Positions 1 through 8,771 of a stretch of DNA of 64,000 nt are shown here, piece by piece. The DNA is from Candidatus Dadabacteria bacterium (GTDB taxonomy: Bacteria > Desulfobacterota_D > UBA1144 > Nemesobacterales > CSP1-2). Position 1 is the stretch's first letter, and each line of letters starts with the position of its first letter. The notes below the pieces were generated by a model. It saw only the letters and a program-made list of their open reading frames with translations. It had not been told where the DNA came from and ran no database searches. A program made the translations under genes and the position numbers. Location of the stretch: the NCBI GenBank assembly GCA_963805855.1, contig CAWDVW010000007.1:480001-544000 (forward strand), written 5' to 3'.

Positions 1-348
1 TATTTCTCCGGAGACCCATTGATATCCCTCTGAATCTTTCTTCGGCTTTGCAATTTCTACAGGCTTTCCTAGTCTCTGGACCGATTGTGCCCAACCTTTT
101 GCAACCTTTGCTGAAATGCTGTCACCAACCTGGATGCCTTCCATCTTGTCGTTCGTAGAAGAAAAGTTGAAAATTTCACCATCGTGCATAATCACACTTA
201 TAAGACTGTTGTCTTTCCCTGATTGGATGGACTCAATCACGCCTGATACCCAGTTTACCTTATCTGAGCCAGTCTGCTCTTGGGCAAAAGCCATGATAAA
301 GTTGATGGTGAAAACTAACAGCAACACTGAAAAAACAGTTGGTTTCAT
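1..348 (-). CDS. Secreted hypothetical protein, truncated by the window edge, with a repeated WVSG motif
   Basis: Hand translation of the minus strand from ATG at 348 (SD GGAGG upstream): MKPTVFSVLLLVFTINFIMAFAQEQ... (signal peptide with AFA cleavage site). The frame is open to position 1. NWVSGVI and QWVSGEI recur. Not in the ORF track. Confidence 0.75.
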   Translation of the reverse strand, partial: MKPTVFSVLLLVFTINFIMAFAQEQTGSDKVNWVSGVIESIQSGKDNSLISVIMHDGEIFNFSSTNDKMEGIQVGDSISAKVAKGWAQSVQRLGKPVEIAKPKKDSEGYQWVSGEI

Positions 349-531
349 CTTATACCTCCACTCTTCGAAAGATCGACCTGAACCATAGATAAAATACTGA
401 TCATATCATAATATTTTTAAAAATTATCGGTTGAAATTCAAGTTAAGAGAAAACCGTTGAATCCTTTTTTTTCTCGTACTACGTCAATAAAATTTGACCG
501 ATTGCTATTATAAAAGTCTGGCTCGTGGGCC

Positions 532-1002
532 TTAATAGGATGCGCAGGGGGGTTTTCGAACCTCCAACTTTGATAGCTTATTTTTGGTAAGGCTTGTCTG
601 GAGCTTCCAACCTGATTCCGCATTTTGATCCTTACCTTTAATGAGAAGCCACTGGTTTTCTTTACCCTTACCCCTAAATCGAACCAAGCTGTAGGCGCCA
701 ATAAGTTTCTTCCCCTTGAGGAAGAAGTTAATCACGTTCTCGTTTTTCTCAATGAGTTCAAATGTACCGCTATCCCACACTACAACTGGTCCTGCTCCAT
801 ACGTCCCTTTCGGGATTATCCCTTCAAAATCAAAATACTCTAAGGGATGGTCTTCTACCAAAATAGCTAAGCGCTTCTCTGATGGATCCATGGAAGGCCC
901 TTTTGGAATTGCCCAGGAGCGAAGAACACCTTCCATCTCTAGGCGAAAGTCATAGTGCAAACGGGAGGCGTCATGTTCATGAACAACAAATCGGTTTGCC
1001 AT
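532..1002 (-). CDS. Standalone LigD 3'-phosphoesterase (PE) domain protein
   Basis: Motifs FVVHEHDASRLHYDFRLE, SWAIPKGPS, RLAILVEDHP and YGAG are characteristic of the LigD PE module; no polymerase or ligase domain present. Confidence 0.9.
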   Translation of the reverse strand: MANRFVVHEHDASRLHYDFRLEMEGVLRSWAIPKGPSMDPSEKRLAILVEDHPLEYFDFEGIIPKGTYGAGPVVVWDSGTFELIEKNENVINFFLKGKKLIGAYSLVRFRGKGKENQWLLIKGKDQNAESGWKLQTSLTKNKLSKLEVRKPPCASY

Positions 1003-1024
1003 ACTTAATTATGCTTTCTCAAAA

Positions 1025-2380
1025 CTAAAATGTTAATTCAATCCCTCTATTCTCTTCTTGAATATCATATTCTTGAATTCCCTCGCTTGTTTCAATTTCA
1101 ACAATTCCTGGCAGTTGTAGTAAATTCGAATCCAGATTTAATTTGATCCTGCCTATGTTTTTAAGTTCGAGCTTAACCCTGTTTATCCCAGAAATCTCCG
1201 CCTTTATGTTTAAGGGCTCTTCCATTCTAAGAGGTGAGAAATCAATCCAAAATATGCTACTTTTATAAAGCCCATTGGGAGCCGTGTAGCTAATGTCTTT
1301 TGGAAATCTGTTTCTTTTAAATCGGTTAAACCAGCTGAATACCCTGGGTAAATCCTCATCCACCATCGCCCAGGTGTGACCGTATTCAGGGTAGTTGGTA
1401 AGCTCCGTTAACGCCCCGAGCTTTTTTAATATCCCTTGAAGGGTAAGCGCTTCATCGAAAGGAATAGTTTCATCGGCGCTCCCATGGGAAATGTACAGAG
1501 GAAAATCCTTCAAATTCAATAACATCCTTTGTGGAAAGTCCAAGTCTTCTAAGAACATTTCTAATTGCTCTCTCGTCATTCCCTCTACCTTTTCCTTGTA
1601 AACCCTGAGGCGGTAAGGTCCGAAAACAACTGCGGAAGCAGCAATTAAGTCGGGATAATAGAGGGAAACAAGCAGGGCTTCAAGCCCACCGTAGGACATA
1701 CCAGTCACGAACATCCCGTCTTCGTCTACGGGAAACAACCCTTTAACAACCTCAAGAAGCTCTTGAAATACATCCAATTTGCCCTGCCGTATATACTCTC
1801 CACCCAGTGTAACAGAAGGCATAACCGCTAGAAATCCGTTTTGTCTGGCATACAAATGAAGTTCTTGCGACTTGATATAGTTGTTTAGACAGATAACAAC
1901 CGGCAACTTTTCTCTTCCATCCCAATGCTTCGGGGAAATATAGTAAAAATCAAAGTCCCTATTATATTTGGTCGAGCGATAAGTTATTCGTTTAATCCCT
2001 CGCCCTTCCAGAGTGAACCTATGCCTCTCAGGGCTTCCCTCAACCAAAATATCACCCTTCTCACCGATAAAAATGACCGAGTTTGCGCCTCCTGCCACGT
2101 CAGGACTCAAGTCCCCGTTATTTGGATCGTTAACCCAGTTTCCGTCAACGATATATTTATAATCGTAGGACCTGTTCGGCTCAAGTTTTAGGACTGTCCT
2201 CCATACATCATCCTTTCCCTTTACTAAAGGGCTTTCTCTCCTCTTCCATCCATTGAAATCCCCTGCCAGGAAAATCTCTTTAGCCCCAGGCGAATAGTAG
2301 CTAAAGAGGAAACCCTCTTTTACTTGAATCGGTTTGGTTGCCCACCAACCCTCATATTGGCTTACTATATCAGCAATCAT
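1025..2380 (-). CDS. CBM48/AMPK-beta-type glycogen-binding domain fused to an alpha/beta hydrolase (esterase/peptidase)
   Basis: N-terminal LAGDFNGW...YDYKYIVDGNWVNDP (CBM48-like); GMSYGG nucleophile elbow, HGSADETIP acid and GHTW histidine give an intact catalytic triad. Confidence 0.8.
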   Translation of the reverse strand: MIADIVSQYEGWWATKPIQVKEGFLFSYYSPGAKEIFLAGDFNGWKRRESPLVKGKDDVWRTVLKLEPNRSYDYKYIVDGNWVNDPNNGDLSPDVAGGANSVIFIGEKGDILVEGSPERHRFTLEGRGIKRITYRSTKYNRDFDFYYISPKHWDGREKLPVVICLNNYIKSQELHLYARQNGFLAVMPSVTLGGEYIRQGKLDVFQELLEVVKGLFPVDEDGMFVTGMSYGGLEALLVSLYYPDLIAASAVVFGPYRLRVYKEKVEGMTREQLEMFLEDLDFPQRMLLNLKDFPLYISHGSADETIPFDEALTLQGILKKLGALTELTNYPEYGHTWAMVDEDLPRVFSWFNRFKRNRFPKDISYTAPNGLYKSSIFWIDFSPLRMEEPLNIKAEISGINRVKLELKNIGRIKLNLDSNLLQLPGIVEIETSEGIQEYDIQEENRGIELTF

Positions 2381-2653
2381 TAGTTACGACTCGCTTCTCC
2401 GGATAATCTACAGGATTTACCATTTCTTGGTGCCCAAATCTTATTATAAGGACAAATTTCTAATTTGATAGCAATTAAACTTACATGCGATAATTAACAT
2501 CTGTACAGGGGTCAGTCCAATGACATTTATTTGACTTCCCGATAACTAGCAAGATTTACGGGCGTATATTCACGATTAATAAGCGCTGAGAAATAGAGGA
2601 AATAGGGAAAGCCTTACGCCCATAATTTCGCTAGAACCAGTCATTGCTGATCC

Positions 2654-3697
2654 TTAAGACAGCCTGTTTTTACCCGCTTTATCAAAGATGTGGATCTTTT
2701 CGGGCGGAATCTTAAAGAAGGCCCTTTTGCCGGGGGCGATATTTTCTTCTGCCGACGCCCTACCCTTTATTTTTATTCCCCTCCACAAGCCGTCTGCCCA
2801 GACGTCACTTCCGGTCGGCTCCAGAAGAGCCACCTCTGCCTCAATCGCCGTCTCATCCCCCCGAGCGCTGACAACTATATCTGACGGTCTTATTCCAATG
2901 AAAATCTCAGCCTTTTCAAAGTGTTTAAGAATGGGTTTAAATACGGGAACATCCCTAAATAATGATCCATCTATGACATTTATTGGCGGGCTCCCGATAA
3001 ATTCAGCAATGAAGAGATTCTCGGGCCTTCTGTACACATCAATAGGATGGCCGCATTGCATAATCTTACCCCGGTATAGGACAGCTATCCTGTCTGAGAG
3101 CACCATTGCTTCTTCCTGGTCGTGAGTTACATATACGAATGTTTTCTTTATGTTTTGATGGAGCCTTTTCAGCTCTGCTCTCATTTCTACCCTCAACATT
3201 GCATCCAGATTGGAGAGCGGCTCATCCATCAGAAAGGCCCTCGGCCTCCTGATAATCGCCCTCCCGAGAGCGACTCTCTGCCTCTGCCCTCCCGAGAGCT
3301 CTCTCGGCTTCCTGTGTAATAGGGATTCGAGACCAAGGAGAGCCGCGACCTGTTTGATTTCCGTATCTATTTTTTGTTTGGACTCATTTTTCACACGCAG
3401 GGGAAAACCGATATTTTCATAAATGGTCATGTGGGGATATAGCGCGTAGCTCTGGAATACCATGGCCACGTCTCTTTCACCGGGGGAGAGGCCATTGATT
3501 GGCTTTCCATCAAAATAAATCGCGCCCTTACTTACCTCCTCCAATCCGGCAATCAAGTTCAGGATGGTTGACTTGCCACAACCGCTGGGTCCCACGAAGG
3601 TGAAAAACTCCCTGTCCTCTATGGTCAGGTCGAGTCCTGTAACGACCCGCACGTCTTTGAATCTCTTCTCGACACCTTCGAATCTTATTTCTGTCAA
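2654..3697 (-). CDS. Sugar ABC transporter ATP-binding protein (MalK/MsmX family)
   Basis: GPSGCGKS Walker A, VFQSYALYPHMT, LSGGQRQR signature, MDEPLSNLD, VTHDQ; C-terminal TOBE-like region; TTG start. Confidence 0.95.
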   Translation of the reverse strand: MTEIRFEGVEKRFKDVRVVTGLDLTIEDREFFTFVGPSGCGKSTILNLIAGLEEVSKGAIYFDGKPINGLSPGERDVAMVFQSYALYPHMTIYENIGFPLRVKNESKQKIDTEIKQVAALLGLESLLHRKPRELSGGQRQRVALGRAIIRRPRAFLMDEPLSNLDAMLRVEMRAELKRLHQNIKKTFVYVTHDQEEAMVLSDRIAVLYRGKIMQCGHPIDVYRRPENLFIAEFIGSPPINVIDGSLFRDVPVFKPILKHFEKAEIFIGIRPSDIVVSARGDETAIEAEVALLEPTGSDVWADGLWRGIKIKGRASAEENIAPGKRAFFKIPPEKIHIFDKAGKNRLS

Positions 3698-3701
3698 TGT
3701 T

Positions 3702-4514
3702 CTATCCCTTGATCGATCCTGCCGTTAATCCTTCGACAATCCTCCTCTGGAATGCAAATGCAAGCAAGATAAGCGGTATGGTTACAACAACCGAAGCCGC
3801 TGCGATATCGCCCCACGGCACCTCGTGGAGACCAGGGAAAAGGGCAATCCCCACAGGGATTGTCCGAGAGGCAACGGTCGAGGTAAATGTTAGCGCAAAG
3901 AGGAACTCGTTCCATGAGAAAATAAACACGAGGATTGCCGTAGCAAAAAGCCCTGGGGCGGATAACGGTAGGATTATTCTATAGAAACTCTGAAAAACCG
4001 TGCAGCCGTCTACCCTTGAAGCAAGGTAGATTTCGTGAGGAATGCTTCTGAAAAAGCTGGTCAAAATCCAGATCGTAAGCGGAAGAGAAAAGGATGTGTA
4101 GGTGATTATTAACGCAAACACCGTATCCCTTAATCCGAGAGCCCTGATTATGATATAAAGGGGACTTACCGTCGCAATTGCGGGAAACATGGATACAGAC
4201 AGCACGAAGACCAAGATGAGTCCCTTTCTTCTCACATCAAGCTTCGCCAGCGCAAATGCAGCCAGTGAACCGATCACGAGTGAGATAACGGTTGTGCTGC
4301 ACGCTACAATAAAGCTATTGGCGATTATCCTGAAAAAGGGATGCGCTCGAAAGATGGAGAAATAATGATCGAACGTCGGGTTACGGGGTAGGATAGGCGG
4401 CAGCGTTGACAGTTCCGCATCGGGCTTTAGAGACGTTATGAACTGCCAGACGTACGGGCCCAGACAATAAGAACAAACGACCACGAGCAGGATGTAAAAG
4501 CCCAACCGCCTCAT
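3702..4514 (-). CDS. Carbohydrate ABC transporter permease (MalG-like)
   Basis: Hydrophobic, EAA-like loop ASRVDGC, FSWNEFLFA, C-terminal QRRIVEGLTAGSIKG. Confidence 0.93.
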   Translation of the reverse strand: MRRLGFYILLVVVCSYCLGPYVWQFITSLKPDAELSTLPPILPRNPTFDHYFSIFRAHPFFRIIANSFIVACSTTVISLVIGSLAAFALAKLDVRRKGLILVFVLSVSMFPAIATVSPLYIIIRALGLRDTVFALIITYTSFSLPLTIWILTSFFRSIPHEIYLASRVDGCTVFQSFYRIILPLSAPGLFATAILVFIFSWNEFLFALTFTSTVASRTIPVGIALFPGLHEVPWGDIAAASVVVTIPLILLAFAFQRRIVEGLTAGSIKG

Positions 4515-5365
4515 TCCATCCCCCTTCTAAGAAGTCTTACGTATAGGATCGTAATGACACCCACGCAGAAAAATATGGCTATAGAGATAGTTGAGCCATA
4601 CCCAAATTGTAGGGTCTGAAAGAGCACCTTATAGGCATAAATTGATAATGTCTCGGTTGTGTTGGCTGGCCCCCCGCCTGTAAGGACATATATTGCATCA
4701 AAAACTCTGAAGGCATCCAGTGTCCTGAAGATGAGGACAATGAGAATAACGGGCATCAGAAGTGGAATGGTTATGCGTCTGAATATATACCAGCCCGAGG
4801 CGCCATCAACCCTTGCAGATTTATACAGGTCTCCATCGATTGTCTGAAGACCGGCCATGAGGAGAAGAGCTACAAACGGAGTTGTCTTCCATACCTCCAT
4901 GAATATTGCTGCATTCATAGCCCAAAAGGCACTGCCCAGCCAGTTGATATTGACCCCGAGAAGGTGATTTAAGATTCCAAAGTCAGAATTATACATCCAC
5001 TCCCATATCTTGGCGGAGACAACAGTCGGAATTGCCCAGGGGATTAATATGATGGAGCGCATAAGTCCCCTACCCGTAAAAACCCTGTTCAAAAGAATGG
5101 CTATCGAAAGTCCAAGTATAAGTTCTAAAGAAACTGAAGCTGCCGTGAAATAGACGGTATTGTATAAGGCATTCCAAAACCTGTCGTCCCTCAGTAAAAA
5201 ACTGAAGTTATCAAGTCCAACAAACCTAGATACATCAAAGATTAGAAGGCGACGGTGAAGGCTGAGCCAAATGACATACGCAAGGGGATAGATTATGACT
5301 CCGGCAATTATAAGGATGGCCGGTGCCAAAAAGAAAATGTGGGGCTTACCCTTTACGGATATCAA
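4511..5365 (-). CDS. Carbohydrate ABC transporter permease (MalF-like)
   Basis: FVGLDNF, WKTTPF, SARVDGA, LTGGGPANTTETLS motifs. Confidence 0.93.
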   Translation of the reverse strand: MISVKGKPHIFFLAPAILIIAGVIIYPLAYVIWLSLHRRLLIFDVSRFVGLDNFSFLLRDDRFWNALYNTVYFTAASVSLELILGLSIAILLNRVFTGRGLMRSIILIPWAIPTVVSAKIWEWMYNSDFGILNHLLGVNINWLGSAFWAMNAAIFMEVWKTTPFVALLLMAGLQTIDGDLYKSARVDGASGWYIFRRITIPLLMPVILIVLIFRTLDAFRVFDAIYVLTGGGPANTTETLSIYAYKVLFQTLQFGYGSTISIAIFFCVGVITILYVRLLRRGME

Positions 5366-5368
5366 CGA

Positions 5369-6700
5369 TCAATCCTCCGCAGTCAATATGTGTTCTATCT
5401 GATCTCCCGCAGATTTTAACGCCTCTTCAGGCTTCTTTACTCCGGATATTACAGCGCTTAACTCAGGCTGAATTACCTGAGATATCATCATATAATAAGG
5501 GGTTATCGGCCGCGGACTCGCTTGTTCAAACGCATCATAAAGGCTTGCCGTGAATGGCTGGGCTCGAATTACATCGGGGTCTTTGTAAAGAACCTTGAGT
5601 GTAGGCTTATAGCCGACGGTTAATGAAAGTATCTTCTGTGCCTTGTAGGATGTTAGAAACTCGATGAACCTTTCGGCCATCTCCGGATGTCTGGAGTAAG
5701 CGTTAATTCCAAGGTGCCATCCACCGAGCGTGGGTGAAGAGTTATGACCGGAAAACTCCGGGAGTACAGAAACACCCACCTTGCCCTTTACTGGGGAATC
5801 ATCCGCGTCGAAAATGTTCCAGGCATAGGGCCAGTTTCGCAAAAATAGAGCCTTTCCCTTGCCAAAGATATGTCTCGTGGGTTCCTCAATCATAGTTGTT
5901 ACAAGCACAGGCGTTACGTGGTATTTATATATCAGGTCATGCATGAATCCAAGTGCTTCTATATTTTCAGGGCTGTCGATAACAACCTTACCGTCTTTCA
6001 GGATATCCCCACCGTTACTGTGGATATATTCAAGCGCCACGCATACAAGGCCTTCATACTGCTTTCCCTGCCAGATAAACCCGTAAAGATCGGGCTCTTG
6101 CCTTATAACCTCCGAAGCGATACGGACCAGATCAAACCACGTCTTTGGTGAAGAAAAACCGTATTTTTCAAGGAGATCCTTTCGATAGTAAAGAATTCCG
6201 GCATCAATGTACCACGGTATTGCGTAAACCTTGTCCCGATAGACGGCAGCTTCCATGGGACCATGGAAGAAGTCATTCCTCTTTTTCAAGGGCAAGACAT
6301 GACTCAAGTCCCTTAGCCAGCCTGCCCTTGCAAACTCCTGCACCCATATGACATCTATGGCATAGACGTCAAAGTCCGATGACCTTCCCTCCAGGTTAAT
6401 CACATAGAACTGGTGCTGTTCATCTGTGGAGGAAGGAAGGGCCTCATCTTTTATCCTGATATCCGGATTCTTTTCCTCAAATCTCCTTATCAATGTGTTT
6501 AGCGCTTCGGGGTCGCCGGCCAACTTTCCATGTTTGAAGACAATGGTTATCGTTTCCTTTTCATCCGTGGATGAGTTTCGAGTACAACCCTGGAACAAAA
6601 TTAATGAACATATTACGGGGATAAGCAGTGGAGATCGCTGTGCGCGGAGAATTTGTAAGATTAGAAACACAAATTTTGTTGCGTTCTTAATTAATTTCAT
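5369..6700 (-). CDS. Sugar ABC transporter substrate-binding lipoprotein (trehalose/maltose-binding-like); start codon uncertain
   Basis: Lipobox-like LFQGC; DVIWVQEFA, LYYRKDLL, QYEGLVC, RNWPYAW and LGGW motifs resemble trehalose/maltose-binding proteins. ATG at 6700 chosen; the ORF track extends to 6766. Confidence 0.88.
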   Translation of the reverse strand: MKLIKNATKFVFLILQILRAQRSPLLIPVICSLILFQGCTRNSSTDEKETITIVFKHGKLAGDPEALNTLIRRFEEKNPDIRIKDEALPSSTDEQHQFYVINLEGRSSDFDVYAIDVIWVQEFARAGWLRDLSHVLPLKKRNDFFHGPMEAAVYRDKVYAIPWYIDAGILYYRKDLLEKYGFSSPKTWFDLVRIASEVIRQEPDLYGFIWQGKQYEGLVCVALEYIHSNGGDILKDGKVVIDSPENIEALGFMHDLIYKYHVTPVLVTTMIEEPTRHIFGKGKALFLRNWPYAWNIFDADDSPVKGKVGVSVLPEFSGHNSSPTLGGWHLGINAYSRHPEMAERFIEFLTSYKAQKILSLTVGYKPTLKVLYKDPDVIRAQPFTASLYDAFEQASPRPITPYYMMISQVIQPELSAVISGVKKPEEALKSAGDQIEHILTAED

Positions 6701-6825
6701 TTGCCTTCCAAATGACAAGATATGAGGGTCGTGTCTGAATAAATTGACAGCTTGAAAAGAACTCACTCAATAAATGGCTGCTCATAATATGCCATCCCAA
6801 TATACAGGGAGGCATAGTATTTCGA

Positions 6826-6854
6826 ATTATAACCAATAGGAAAACCGGTGTCAC
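6826..6854 (-). promoter_or_regulatory. Sigma70-type promoter, copy A, upstream of the sugar ABC operon
   Basis: Minus strand reads GTGACA-N17-TATAAT; near-identical copy at 11166-11194. Confidence 0.6.
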
Positions 6855-6988
6855 ACGTAGCCTATGGATAGATCGAATATATGCAAAGCATTTTATAAAA
6901 ACAACTAATTAGATTGCTTCAATTTAAATATTTCTTAGACCGAATCCTAAAATCTACTTGCTTCACTAATCCCAATTTTTTCTTATGA

Positions 6989-7152
6989 CTTCTTTGTCTT
7001 GATACAAAGAAGCAAAAATCAAGGGCTAACAAAAAATTAGGAATTATTAAATCAATTCCTACAGCTAAAAATATTTAATTCAACCACAACCCCAAATCTT
7101 TTTTTAACGCTTCCGGAATTGATTTTGGTAATTTTTTGAATGCCCATCTAAA
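6989..7152 (+). repeat. Structured dispersed repeat / candidate ncRNA, copy 1 (pseudoknot + long hairpin)
   Basis: CTTCTTTGT-CTTGAT-ACAAAGAAG stem-loop whose loop is complementary to the downstream ATCAAG, followed by nested inverted repeats. 156/164 identical to 14666-14829 by manual alignment. Confidence 0.85.
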
Positions 7153-7280
7153 TCATTTCAATTGGGGAAACCTTTAGAAAAAAAGTAGTTAAAAATATAA
7201 ACCATTATCCGCAAATTATGAATGACGGTGAATCGCAAAAGGCTCATACGGTATATCTATTTTATTAGGAACGACTGCTT

Positions 7281-7315
7281 CTCCTGAGCTTGGTCGAAGG
7301 ATATGCGTCCCCTAC
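7281..7315. repeat. REP-like palindromic remnant
   Basis: CTCCTGAGCTTGGTCGAAGGA followed by GCGTCCCCTAC (reverse complement GTAGGGGACGC); resembles REP-class extragenic palindromes. Confidence 0.4.
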
Positions 7316-7452
7316 GTCAGGATATTTGTTAATCTAGAGTCTCAATAATAGAATGGACTTTAGTGGTCTGGAATTATCGGATGAGTAAATCAAGAATCAA
7401 AAGCAATGAACGTAAGTGATAATCTGAAAGGGGACTACTGCTAAGTTTTAAC

Positions 7453-8298
7453 CTATCTTACAGCCCTTTCGAATCTCTCCATTCTAAGCTGAACAAGGGA
7501 AGGATCAACCTTCGTAGCAGGCATTTCCTCGGCAACTCTCTCTATGCGGTCTTCCGTTCCTGGATGCGTTGTCATTATTCCTCCGCCTGATGCCTGTCCC
7601 TGTTTCATAAGACGTTCAAGGAAAATCTCCAATGCTTGGGGATCGTAGCCCGCTCTTGAGAGGTAAATCAGTGCACTCTCATCGGCGCCGTATTCCTGAG
7701 ATTTACCATAACCATTGACTACAAGGGTCTTGAATACATCATCTACAGACCCCTCAAAAAGGCTCACAAGCTGCGATATCTCCGCGGGAGAATAACTCTT
7801 TGCTGCCTCCGTGGCTATAAGGGTCGCAACGCCGGTTAGACGCGCCTTTTCGATTGCAGATACTCCGTCTCTATGGTTTATATGGGCAACCTCATGTGCG
7901 AGTACTGCTGCTAACTCGTCCTCATTCTGTGTTTCATCTATCATTCCCTTTGTGATCAGAATCATACCTCCGGGACATGCAAAAGCGTTTATCTCATCCG
8001 TGTCGAGAACAGCAAAGTGATACCCACCATAGGTAATGGGATCATCCGAGTGAATAGCAATTGTTTGGCCCACCAGGTTGACGTATTCTGTGAGATGATC
8101 ATTTTCCAGGGGTGGGTATGTAGAGAGGAGCCTGGCCCCCACCGCACGGCCTATATAATACTCCTCCTCATCGGTAAGGGGTCTTGTGGCCTGAAAGGTC
8201 TGCTGTGCGATTCGGCTAATGCTTCCTACATCAACGGTGGCGCACCCGATGAATACAACTGGGATAAGAATTAAAATTGTAAGTATAGATTTAGTCAC
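7453..8298 (-). CDS. M48-family zinc metalloprotease lipoprotein
   Basis: Lipobox FIGC; INAFACPGG, ELAAVLAHEVAH (HExxH), QEYGAD, AGYDP, THP..EDRI. Confidence 0.92.
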   Translation of the reverse strand: MTKSILTILILIPVVFIGCATVDVGSISRIAQQTFQATRPLTDEEEYYIGRAVGARLLSTYPPLENDHLTEYVNLVGQTIAIHSDDPITYGGYHFAVLDTDEINAFACPGGMILITKGMIDETQNEDELAAVLAHEVAHINHRDGVSAIEKARLTGVATLIATEAAKSYSPAEISQLVSLFEGSVDDVFKTLVVNGYGKSQEYGADESALIYLSRAGYDPQALEIFLERLMKQGQASGGGIMTTHPGTEDRIERVAEEMPATKVDPSLVQLRMERFERAVR

Positions 8299-8771
8299 TC
8301 GAGATTAAGCTTCCCACCCTGAATAAAATTTATAAGTTCATTTTCAGAAACTCCGTAATTTTCAATTGTATTTACTGCCTGGAAATTCAAACTGGGATTT
8401 TGTCTTTTATATGCAGCCTCAACCTGAGGATTAAATCCTTTACCAGCAAGGGCAACCTCGTCGCCGGAAGTGGACTGGCTTCCAGAGCCCGAGATTTTAC
8501 TCAAAGAAATTGATTTCTTCTCAACAGCACTCTTATGAATGCACCCCTGTGTTCCCTTAAAGCTCACCTGGTACCATTCACCACTCTGGGAAATTACATC
8601 AAGCACGTCGTTGTAATGAACAGTTGCCTTAACCGGTGAGAAGAACTTACAAGACTCCCTTATGGCGTTTTGCTTGGTAATGACGGTTACGGTTTCAGCG
8701 CTAGCGGACTTTGCTGAAGCAATGGTGAAGGTAATGAAAATGAAAAATATTAACGATATCCTGGTTCTCAT
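8295..8771 (-). CDS. Secreted SH3b-like domain protein
   Basis: Signal peptide ending ASA-E; SH3b-like pattern ...VLDVISQSGEWYQVSFKGTQGCIHKSAV; Ser/Gly linker, then C-terminal EVALAGKGF..QVE segment. Confidence 0.75.
   Translation of the reverse strand: MRTRISLIFFIFITFTIASAKSASAETVTVITKQNAIRESCKFFSPVKATVHYNDVLDVISQSGEWYQVSFKGTQGCIHKSAVEKKSISLSKISGSGSQSTSGDEVALAGKGFNPQVEAAYKRQNPSLNFQAVNTIENYGVSENELINFIQGGKLNLE

Noticed and set aside
116-388. Plus-strand 90-aa ORF
   Set aside because: Shadow of the minus-strand secreted-protein gene (1-348), which has an SD and signal peptide.
6845-6860. TGTGA/TCACA CRP-like half site in the duplicated promoter
   Set aside because: Tempting next to an adenylate cyclase, but there is no second half site at the N6 spacing in either copy, and the bases coincide with the -35 box.
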